Assembly (NCBI RefSeq): GCF_988243305.1
Contig: NZ_OZ547136.1
DNA length: 64,000 bases
Reading direction: 5' to 3' (one strand)
This document shows, one piece after another, positions 56,285-64,000 of the stretch. Position 1 is the first letter of the stretch, and each line of letters opens with the position of its first letter. A program made the position numbers and the translations under genes. The notes under the pieces were generated by a model that was given only the letters and a program-made list of their open reading frames with translations, made no database searches and was not told the origin of the DNA.

Positions 56285-57130
56285 GCATAATTAAGGGGGC
56301 AAAATGGAACTTAAAAAATTGATGGAACATATTTCTGTTATCCCCGATTACAGGCAAGCCTGGAAAGTGGAACATAAATTGCCAGATATTCTATCTGTTA
56401 ACTATTTGCGCCGTTATTTCTGGTGCATAAGGCTGGGAAGATATAGAGGATTTGGGGAAACACATCTCGATTTTTTGAAGTGATATGGTGATTTTGAAAA
56501 TGGTATTCCTGTTCACGATATCATTGCCAGAGTTGTATCCTGTATCAGTCCTGCAAAATTTTACGAGTGCTTTATTAACTGGATGCGTGACTGTCATTCT
56601 TCAGATGATAAAGACATCATCGCAATTGATGGAAAAACGCTCCGGCACTCTTATGATAAAAGTCGTCAAAAGGGAGCAATTTATGTCATTAAAATCCGTC
56701 TTCATATTGTTTGCATGTCTCTGATGAATTTATTGATTTTACGTTTGAATGGAAAGGGCTGAAGAAATTATGCATGGCAGTCTCATTTCGCTCAATAATA
56801 GCAGAACAAAAGAAAAATCCCGAAATGACGGTCAGATATTATAGCATTTCTGCTGATTTAACCGCAGAGAAGTTCGCCACAGCGAACCGAAATCACTGGC
56901 AAGTGGAGAATAAATTGCACTGGCATCTGGACGTGGTAATGAATAAAGACGACTTCAAAATAAGAAGAGGAAATGCAGCAGAATTATTTTCAGGGATACG
57001 GAAGATCGCTATTAATATTTTAACGAAAGATAAGATAATCAAGGCAGGGGCAAGATGTAAGATGTGAAAAGCAGCTGCGGACAGAGACTACCTCGCGTCA
57101 GTCCTTGCGGGGGCGGGCTTTCGTAATCTT
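56285..57130 (+). pseudogene. ISAs1-family (H-repeat-associated) transposase, degenerate: frameshifts plus internal deletion
   Basis: Segments matching the N-terminus ([26 protein letters not shown]...GETHLDFLK), middle ([10 protein letters not shown]...[19 protein letters not shown]) and C-terminus ([12 protein letters not shown]...[18 protein letters not shown]...[20 protein letters not shown]) of H-repeat transposases in different frames, with about 120 codons missing from the middle. Confidence 0.75.
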
Positions 57131-57295
57131 GTTCTGCAAGGGATGATAAAAAGTGCAACTTTATTCCACGCAGCTATTTAGACAGCGTACAGTAAACAAA
57201 CGAAAGTTGTTATTTCAATGGTCAGGGCAAGAGCATGAAGTGTTTACTACACACTATGCTCTTGTCCTGGAGTCAGGTCTTGTCTGGAGGGATAA

Positions 57296-57799
57296 ATGGT
57301 AGATATTGTCGAGGCCGATAAAACGGATATTTATTTCATTCAGGAGAGTGTTTATGGCAAAATCGGGTTGCCAGCTTTGGGTAATACAATAGGACCATCC
57401 GCACAGCAAGTTGTTAAAAAGGTATTCGCTGTCGTTAAAGAACGAGATAAGACACATGCAAAACAGAGATTATTGTTGGAATATAATGGTAACAAACTCT
57501 GGATGAATGCTATTGATGGCAGTGAAGCTATCCTACCAACAGAATTTTCTAAGCGGTACGAACTTTCATTATTCAATACTACTAATTTTGGAGAAGATCC
57601 TTTTCCTGATGTTAATTTATATAATAATATGAAATCAAGTTTTTTTGTAAGGTTTGGTGGAACATCCCATCCCGAGGCTTGGGCTATTTATAATGCAAGT
57701 ACGAAAGAGGTTAAATATATAGAAACTGCAAGAGAAATTGATAAAATATTCAGTGATTTTAACTTGAGTGGTACATTGCCAATTCACATTGGTCAATGA
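57296..57799 (+). CDS. Hypothetical protein (cysteine-free, no signal peptide)
   Basis: 167 aa ORF with strong RBS (GGAGGG) 6 nt upstream; AT-rich; between the two ISAs1 fragments; no recognisable family. Confidence 0.45.
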   Translation: MVDIVEADKTDIYFIQESVYGKIGLPALGNTIGPSAQQVVKKVFAVVKERDKTHAKQRLLLEYNGNKLWMNAIDGSEAILPTEFSKRYELSLFNTTNFGEDPFPDVNLYNNMKSSFFVRFGGTSHPEAWAIYNASTKEVKYIETAREIDKIFSDFNLSGTLPIHIGQ

Positions 57800-57864
57800 T
57801 TTTTAAATTGTGTGATTAAATAATTGAACATTAATGATGATTTATAGCATCATTATTCTATAAC

Positions 57865-58377
57865 ATGAATAAACGGATTGAATGTGTTATGTTAAAAATG
57901 AGTTTATACGTAATAATATTGTTATTTTCCTTTCAGATTAGTGCAGCCATTACTAGCAAGGAAAGTGAGGTTGTTTCACCATTATTAATGGATGTTAATT
58001 CTTCACTAACAATGGAAAATATATCTGAATTATCCACATCATCGGAACCATCGCAACAGGGGGTATTTCCTGTAATATGTACTCGACTTCATCCTGGCTC
58101 CGTAATGAAACGCCAGTTATTAACCGGCTGGGGGCCTGTTTTTATAATTGGTGATGATCCTTTTTCTCTGCGCTGGATGAGTGAACATCTGGAGATCCTT
58201 AAATCGCTAAATGCCCTTGGTTTGGTTGTTAATGTTGAATCAGTAGAACGAATGGAGGTATTACAGCAGCGGGCTGATGGGTTATTGTTATTGCCAGTTA
58301 TCTGCGATAATTTCGTGCAAACTCTGCAATTAAATGCTTATCCGGTATTAATCACAGAGATGGAAATATCACAATGA
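57865..58377 (+). CDS. Hypothetical exported protein (signal peptide)
   Basis: 170 aa ORF with N-terminal signal-like segment (MLKMSLYVIILLFSFQISAAITS); AT-rich; no recognisable family. Confidence 0.45.
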   Translation: MNKRIECVMLKMSLYVIILLFSFQISAAITSKESEVVSPLLMDVNSSLTMENISELSTSSEPSQQGVFPVICTRLHPGSVMKRQLLTGWGPVFIIGDDPFSLRWMSEHLEILKSLNALGLVVNVESVERMEVLQQRADGLLLLPVICDNFVQTLQLNAYPVLITEMEISQ

Positions 58378-58394
58378 TTAATAACATAATTACT

Positions 58395-58640
58395 GCAAAT
58401 AATATCGTAATTTTGAAAATGGTAATCCTGTTCACGACACCATAATTAGAGTTATGTCTTGTATCCGTTCAGTATAATTTCACGAATGCTTTATTAACTG
58501 GATGCGAGATTGCCATTCATCAAATGATAAAGACGTCATCGCAATTGATGGAAAAGCGCTTCCACACTCCTATGATAAAAGTGGTCGCAGGAGAGCGGGC
58601 TTTCGTAGTCATACCCCGACTCTCCCCAGCCCTAAACACA
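58395..58640 (+). pseudogene. yafF: ISAs1-family (H-repeat) transposase fragment, second copy (yafF-like remnant)
   Basis: About 220 bp direct repeat of 56490..56700 encoding FENGNPVHDTI...[35 protein letters not shown], adjacent to yafV. Confidence 0.7.
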
Positions 58641-58648
58641 ACCCCCAC

Positions 58649-59428
58649 TCACCACAACCTAAACTCATCCGCATCCCGCCATGCCGGAAACTTTTCTCTA
58701 TACTCCCGCAACGCCATCATCGACAGCTCCGCATCAATGCGCGTTGCCTGATGCGCGTCGGCAGTAGCGATAATCTCGCCTTGCGGATTAATCACCCGGC
58801 TGTCACCACGATAATGGCAGCCGTTGCCATCGCTGCCGACGCGATTGCATCCCGCCACATACGCCTGATTCTCAATCGCGCGGGCTGTCAGCAATGCCTG
58901 CCAGTGCAGAGAGCGCGGAGCAGGCCAGTTGGCGACGTACAGGGCGAGGTCATAATCGTTGAGATTGCGCGACCACACCGGAAAACGTAAGTCGTAGCAC
59001 ACCAGCGGCAAAATACGCCAGCCGCGCCATTCCACAATCACTCGCGCATTGCCCGCTTTATAATGTAGATGCTCATCTGCCATGCGGAACAGATGACGCT
59101 TATCATAAAAATGTACCGTGCCGCCCGGCTCAACCAGCAAAAAGCGGTTAACCGAACCAGACTCCGTTTGTAATGCAACACTGCCTGCAATCAGCGCATT
59201 GCACTGCTGCGCTTTGGCTGTCATCCAGTTCACTACGTCATCTTGTGCTAGCGACGAAGCTGCCGCTTCCATGGCAAAGCCGCTGGTAAACATCTCCGGT
59301 AGAACGATCACATCGCGTCCGGTAATACCTTCCAGTTGACGATCAAAATGACGCAGGTTGGCAGGACCATCCATCCACACCAGTGGTTGCTGCAAAAGCG
59401 TAATCTTCAAACCAGGCACGGTGTACAA
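58649..59428 (-). CDS. yafV: Omega-amidase (nitrilase/CN-hydrolase family)
   Basis: 259 aa ORF with carbon-nitrogen hydrolase features (catalytic-Cys region LVCYDLRFP); core-genome position before ivy. Confidence 0.85.
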   Translation of the reverse strand: MYTVPGLKITLLQQPLVWMDGPANLRHFDRQLEGITGRDVIVLPEMFTSGFAMEAAASSLAQDDVVNWMTAKAQQCNALIAGSVALQTESGSVNRFLLVEPGGTVHFYDKRHLFRMADEHLHYKAGNARVIVEWRGWRILPLVCYDLRFPVWSRNLNDYDLALYVANWPAPRSLHWQALLTARAIENQAYVAGCNRVGSDGNGCHYRGDSRVINPQGEIIATADAHQATRIDAELSMMALREYREKFPAWRDADEFRLW

Positions 59429-59572
59429 CTCCTTTATGCGAAGGGTTTTATAACTTTAACACCTTATCAGGCAGTTGCCTTAGCGCAGAATAAATTGATA
59501 ACAAATGCTGATATTGGAAATATCTGATTTGCAAATTATCGTGTTATCGCCAGGCTTTAGGAGGTTAATAAC

Positions 59573-60046
59573 ATGGGCAGGATAAGCTCGGGAGGAATGA
59601 TGTTTAAGGCAATAACGACAGTCGCCGCTCTGGTCATCGCCACCAGTGCAATGGCGCAGGATGATTTAACCATTAGCAGCCTTGCAAAGGGCGAAACCAC
59701 CAAAGCTGCGTTTAATCAGATGGTGCAAGGGCATAAGCTACCTGCATGGGTGATGAAAGGCGGTACTTATACTCCCGCACAAACCGTAACGTTGGGAGAT
59801 GAGACGTATCAGGTGATGAGCGCGTGCAAACCGCATGACTGTGGCTCGCAACGTATCGCTGTGATGTGGTCCGAGAAATCTAATCAGATGACGGGGCTGT
59901 TCTCGACTATTGATGAGAAAACGTCGCAAGAGAAACTCACCTGGTTGAATGTGAACGATGCGCTTTCGATTGATGGTAAAACGGTGCTGTTCGCGGCGTT
60001 GACCGGCAGCCTGGAAAACCATCCGGATGGCTTTAATTTTAAATAA
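59573..60046 (+). CDS. ivy: Inhibitor of vertebrate lysozyme (periplasmic)
   Basis: 157 aa ORF with signal peptide (VAALVIATSAMAQDD) and CKPHDC loop motif. Confidence 0.88.
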   Translation: MGRISSGGMMFKAITTVAALVIATSAMAQDDLTISSLAKGETTKAAFNQMVQGHKLPAWVMKGGTYTPAQTVTLGDETYQVMSACKPHDCGSQRIAVMWSEKSNQMTGLFSTIDEKTSQEKLTWLNVNDALSIDGKTVLFAALTGSLENHPDGFNFK

Positions 60047-60057
60047 TTAGCGGATAA

Positions 60058-60088
60058 AGAAACGGAGCCTTTCGGCTCCGTTATTCAA
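60058..60088. terminator. Bidirectional terminator between convergent ivy and fadE
   Basis: aaacggagcctttcggctccgtt hairpin with flanking A/T runs. Confidence 0.65.
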
Positions 60089-62533
60089 TTACGCGGCTTC
60101 AACTTTCCGCACTTTCTCCGGCAACTTTACCGGCTTCGTCGCCAGCTCTTCCGGATCAAAGTCATCAACGTTAATACTGCGCAGACGGCTTTCTTCAGCT
60201 TTCACCAGAATAGCGGCTTCATCTTTATCAATCAGCCCCTTCGCCAGCGCGTTATGCGCCAGTTCATCCAGACGGGTAAACGGCAGGTTTTTACCCAGCT
60301 CTTTACAGATCCGCTGATGAATTGGGTCGGCGGCAATCACATCCACCAGCGCCTCTTCCAGTAAGCCAACCGGGTTATGCTCGCTCGGCGTCAGGTACTG
60401 ACCGCGACCAATACGTGAACGGGTGGCGTTCGGCACTTGTAAAATCTTCGCCACCTTATGATCCAGCTTGTCAGAAGGTGCCAGATAATGACGTCCGGTC
60501 GGGAAGATCACCACATTCAGCAGCCCGGCAACCACGCGGTTCGGGAAGTTTTGCAGTAAATCATCCATCGCCTGTTCAGCCTGATACAGCGCATCCTGTA
60601 CGCCCCAGTGCACCAGCGGCAGGTCGGCTTCATTACGGCCTTCGTCGTCATAACGCTTCAGAACGGCAGAGGCGAGGTAAAGCTGGCTTAAAATATCCCC
60701 CAGACGTGCCGAGATACGCTCACGACGTTTCAGGCTGCCGCCCAGCACAGCCATCGAGACATCAGAAAGCAGGGCGAGGTTGGCGCTCAGGCGGTTCAGG
60801 TGCTGATAGTAGCGTTTAGTGGCATCGCCGGTTGGCGTGCTGCTGGTTAAACCGCGCGTCAGGCCCAGCCAGAAGCTGCGAACTTTGTTGCTACCGACGT
60901 GACCGATATGTTTAAACAGGAGTTTATCGAACGCGTTGACGTCATTGTTCTTCGCCGCTTCCATCTCTTCCAGCACGTACGGATGGCAACGAATCGCTCC
61001 TTGTCCGAAGATCATCATGCTGCGGGTCAGAATGTTAGCCCCTTCAACGGTGATGGCAATCGGCGCGCCCTGGTAAGCACGCGCCAGGAAGTTGCTCTGC
61101 CCGAGCATAATGCCTTTGCCACCAGTGATATCCATCGCATCAATAATCGACTGCTGCCCGCGGTGGGTACAGTGATACTTAACGATAGCCGACAGCACGG
61201 CAGGTTTTTCACCGAGCATAATGCCGTAGGTAATCAGCGATGCCGCAGCATCCATTACATAAGCGTTTCCGGCAATACGCGCCAGCGGCTCTTCAATCCC
61301 TTCCATCTTACCAATAGAGATTTTGAACTGACGGCGGATGTGCGCATACGCACCCGTTGCCAGCGCTACCGATTTCACGCCGCCGGTTGAGTTGGAAGGC
61401 AGGGTGATACCGCGGCCTACCGAGAGGCACTCCACCAGCATCCGCCAGCCTTGCCCGGCCATTTTTGGTCCGCCGATAATGTAATCGATCGGTACGAAGA
61501 CATCTTTACCGCGCGTCGGTCCGTTCTGGAACGGCACGTTCAGCGGGAAGTGGCGACGACCAATTTCCACGCCCGGCGTGGTAGTCGGGATCAGCGCACA
61601 GGTAATACCTAAATCTTCTGCACCGCCGAGTAATTTCTCCGGGTCGGAGAGTTTAAACGCCAGCCCAAGCACGGTCGCAATCGGTGCGAGCGTAATGTAA
61701 CGTTTGTTCCAGGTCAGACGCATCCCCAGCACCTGCTGGCCCTGCCATTCCCCCATGCAGACAATCCCGGTGTCCGGAATCGCGCCCGCATCGGAACCCG
61801 CTTCCGGGCTGGTCAGTGCAAAGCAAGGGATTTCCTGACCACGCGCCAGACGCGGCAGATAGTGATCTTTCTGCTCGTCAGTGCCGTAATGTTGCAGTAG
61901 CTCACCCGGGCCTAATGAGTTTGGCACGCCGACGGTAATCGCCAGGATCCCGCTCACGCCGGAGAGTTTTTGCAGCACGCGAGACTGGGCATAAGCCGAG
62001 AACTCCAGCCCGCCGTACTCTTTTTTGATGATCATCGCGAAGAAACGATGCTCTTTAAGGTACGCCCACAACTCCGGCGGCAAATCAGCCAGCTCATGAG
62101 TAATCTGGAAATCATTCGCCATCCGGCAGGCTTCTTCTACCGGGCCGTCGAGAAACGCTTGCTCTTCTGCGGTCAGGCGCGGCTGCGGATAGTTATGCAG
62201 CTTTTTCCAGTCCGGCTTGCCCTGGAACAAGTCGCCCTCCCACCATGTGGTGCCTGCGTCGATCGCTTCTTTCTCAGTGCGCGACATCGGCGGCATCACC
62301 TTACGGAAGCCGCGAAATACCGGCGCGGAAATCATCGACTTACGCATAGGCGCAAAGTTAAATGGCACGAGGATAATGGCCAGAGGCACCAGTACCCACG
62401 CCGACCACAGACCAGCAACGCCGAGGGCGGCTGTCCAGGCGAGCAAAATCAGACTGCTGATAAATAAGCTCACGCGGTGATAGAACAACGCGCCGAGCAG
62501 GACAACCGTAGCGAGAATACTCAAAATCATCAT
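60089..62533 (-). CDS. fadE: Acyl-CoA dehydrogenase
   Basis: ORF 60089..62611; the internal start [18 protein letters not shown] gives 814 aa; acyl-CoA dehydrogenase domains. Confidence 0.92.
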   Translation of the reverse strand: MMILSILATVVLLGALFYHRVSLFISSLILLAWTAALGVAGLWSAWVLVPLAIILVPFNFAPMRKSMISAPVFRGFRKVMPPMSRTEKEAIDAGTTWWEGDLFQGKPDWKKLHNYPQPRLTAEEQAFLDGPVEEACRMANDFQITHELADLPPELWAYLKEHRFFAMIIKKEYGGLEFSAYAQSRVLQKLSGVSGILAITVGVPNSLGPGELLQHYGTDEQKDHYLPRLARGQEIPCFALTSPEAGSDAGAIPDTGIVCMGEWQGQQVLGMRLTWNKRYITLAPIATVLGLAFKLSDPEKLLGGAEDLGITCALIPTTTPGVEIGRRHFPLNVPFQNGPTRGKDVFVPIDYIIGGPKMAGQGWRMLVECLSVGRGITLPSNSTGGVKSVALATGAYAHIRRQFKISIGKMEGIEEPLARIAGNAYVMDAAASLITYGIMLGEKPAVLSAIVKYHCTHRGQQSIIDAMDITGGKGIMLGQSNFLARAYQGAPIAITVEGANILTRSMMIFGQGAIRCHPYVLEEMEAAKNNDVNAFDKLLFKHIGHVGSNKVRSFWLGLTRGLTSSTPTGDATKRYYQHLNRLSANLALLSDVSMAVLGGSLKRRERISARLGDILSQLYLASAVLKRYDDEGRNEADLPLVHWGVQDALYQAEQAMDDLLQNFPNRVVAGLLNVVIFPTGRHYLAPSDKLDHKVAKILQVPNATRSRIGRGQYLTPSEHNPVGLLEEALVDVIAADPIHQRICKELGKNLPFTRLDELAHNALAKGLIDKDEAAILVKAEESRLRSINVDDFDPEELATKPVKLPEKVRKVEAA

Positions 62534-62772
62534 AACGAAAAGCCCCTTACTTGTAGGAGGTCTGACCACTTGTGATGATATGGTTGTAGTGGATGTAAAA
62601 ACATTTAGCAATGTGTTTACAATATAATTACAACAAAGCTCACATTGTTGCTGTTTTTATCCGCACTTCAGGTCAAAAAGTCCTGGTCATAGCACCTGCC
62701 CGTACTTCTCGCTTTTGGCGGTATCCGGTACACTGCATTTTGTCTATTACATTTATGCTGAAGGATATCCTC

Positions 62773-63351
62773 ATGTACCAGGATCTTATTCGTAACGAAC
62801 TGAACGAAGCGGCGGAAACGCTGGCTAACTTTTTAAAAGATGACGCCAATATTCACGCCATTCAGCGCGCGGCGGTCCTGTTAGCAGACAGCTTTAAAGC
62901 CGGTGGCAAAGTGCTTTCCTGCGGCAACGGCGGCTCCCATTGCGACGCTATGCACTTTGCCGAAGAGTTGACCGGTCGCTACCGTGAAAACCGTCCGGGC
63001 TACCCGGCGATTGCCATTTCTGACGTTAGTCATATTTCCTGCGTCGGTAACGATTTTGGTTTCAATGATATTTTCTCCCGTTACGTTGAAGCGGTAGGTC
63101 GCGAAGGCGATGTACTGCTGGGGATCTCCACCTCCGGTAACTCTGCAAACGTGATCAAAGCGATCGCGGCGGCGCGTGAGAAGGGGATGAAAGTGATCAC
63201 CCTGACCGGTAAAGACGGCGGTAAAATGGCTGGCACAGCGGATATCGAAATTCGCGTACCGCACTTTGGTTATGCCGACCGCATTCAGGAGATCCACATT
63301 AAAGTTATCCATATCCTGATCCAGTTAATTGAAAAAGAGATGGTTAAGTAA
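62773..63351 (+). CDS. gmhA: Sedoheptulose 7-phosphate isomerase
   Basis: 192 aa from [20 protein letters not shown] domain ([15 protein letters not shown]); the tracked ORF start at 62611 is an upstream extension. Confidence 0.92.
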
Positions 63352-63360
63352 GTCTGGCGT

Positions 63361-63400
63361 AGGCCGAATAATGCGTTTACGCCGCATCCGACCTGAAAAT
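63361..63400. repeat. REP-like palindromic element after gmhA
   Basis: taggccgaataa..gcgtttacgccgcatccgac: imperfect palindrome of REP type. Confidence 0.4.
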
Positions 63401-63454
63401 ACTTAAATCAATCTTCGCCGGGGGCCATGCGCTCCCGCTGTTGTGGAGGTTACC

Positions 63455-64000
63455 CATGTGCGAATTGCTCGGGATGAGCGCCAACGTCCCTACCGATATC
63501 TGCTTTAGTTTCACCGGTCTGGTGCAGCGTGGTGGTGGAACCGGGCCACATAAAGATGGCTGGGGCATTACCTTTTACGAAGGTAAAGGCTGTCGCACAT
63601 TTAAAGATCCGCAACCCAGCTTTAATTCCCCCATCGCCAAACTTGTCCAGGACTACCCGATAAAATCCTGTTCGGTGGTGGCTCATATTCGCCAGGCGAA
63701 TCGGGGCGAGGTGGCGCTGGAAAATACTCACCCGTTTACCCGCGAGTTATGGGGGCGTAACTGGACTTATGCCCATAACGGACAACTGACGGGGTACAAA
63801 TCACTGGAAACCGGCAACTTCCGCCCGGTCGGTGAAACCGACAGCGAAAAAGCCTTCTGCTGGCTCCTGCATAAATTAACGCAGCGTTACCCGCGCACAC
63901 CGGGCAACATGGCGGCAGTGTTTAAATATATCGCCTCACTGGCGGATGAACTGCGGCAGAAGGGCGTTTTCAACATGCTGCTTTCTGACGGGCGCTATGT
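63455..64000 (+). CDS. yafJ: Class II glutamine amidotransferase-like protein, 5' part (runs off window)
   Basis: Begins [15 protein letters not shown] with the catalytic Cys at position 2 as in Ntn-type amidotransferases; open to the window end. Confidence 0.8.

Noticed and set aside
58502-58990. 162 aa plus-strand ORF spanning the ISAs1 remnant and running antisense into yafV
   Set aside because: The 5' part is the transposase fragment read through in a frame without a stop; the 3' part is antisense to the conserved yafV amidase. It is not a distinct gene.
62611-62772. Upstream extension of the gmhA ORF (tracked start at 62611)
   Set aside because: The GmhA SIS-domain homology begins at the ATG at 62773 ([17 protein letters not shown]); the extension overlaps the fadE promoter and start region and has no homology.

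Overview
This window reads as an Escherichia coli-type chromosomal segment with a roughly 28 kb genomic island inserted next to a tRNA-Asp gene. The core backbone runs dnaE(3' end)-accA-ldcC-yaeR-tilS-rof-yaeP-yaeQ-arfB-nlpE-yaeF-proS-tsaA-rcsF-metQIN-gmhB, then a complete rRNA operon (16S, tRNA-Ile, tRNA-Ala, 23S, 5S, tRNA-Asp), then dkgB-yafC-yafD-yafE-mltD-gloB-yafS-rnhA-dnaQ and a second tRNA-Asp. After that tRNA and the yafT lipoprotein gene lies a complete type VI secretion system (T6SS): 15 tightly packed minus-strand genes (tssB through a distal hcp, about 49.8 to 30.2 kb) in the same order as the Vibrio cholerae vas cluster but without the vasH activator. Across an AT-rich divergent promoter region sits a plus-strand spike and effector module: hcp, vgrG, a DUF2169-like adaptor, a DUF4150-type PAAR-like effector, and a small candidate immunity gene. 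The most unusual feature is that the PAAR-like effector ORF is separated from a downstream papain/C39-like toxin domain by a single in-frame TAG codon. The island ends in decayed ISAs1-family (H-repeat) transposase fragments that bracket a two-gene cassette, after which the core resumes with yafV-ivy-fadE-gmhA-yafJ. The T6SS itself is a known system type; the possibly undescribed part is the effector and immunity cargo. All calls are from reading the sequence and the ORF track against remembered protein families; no database search was run.
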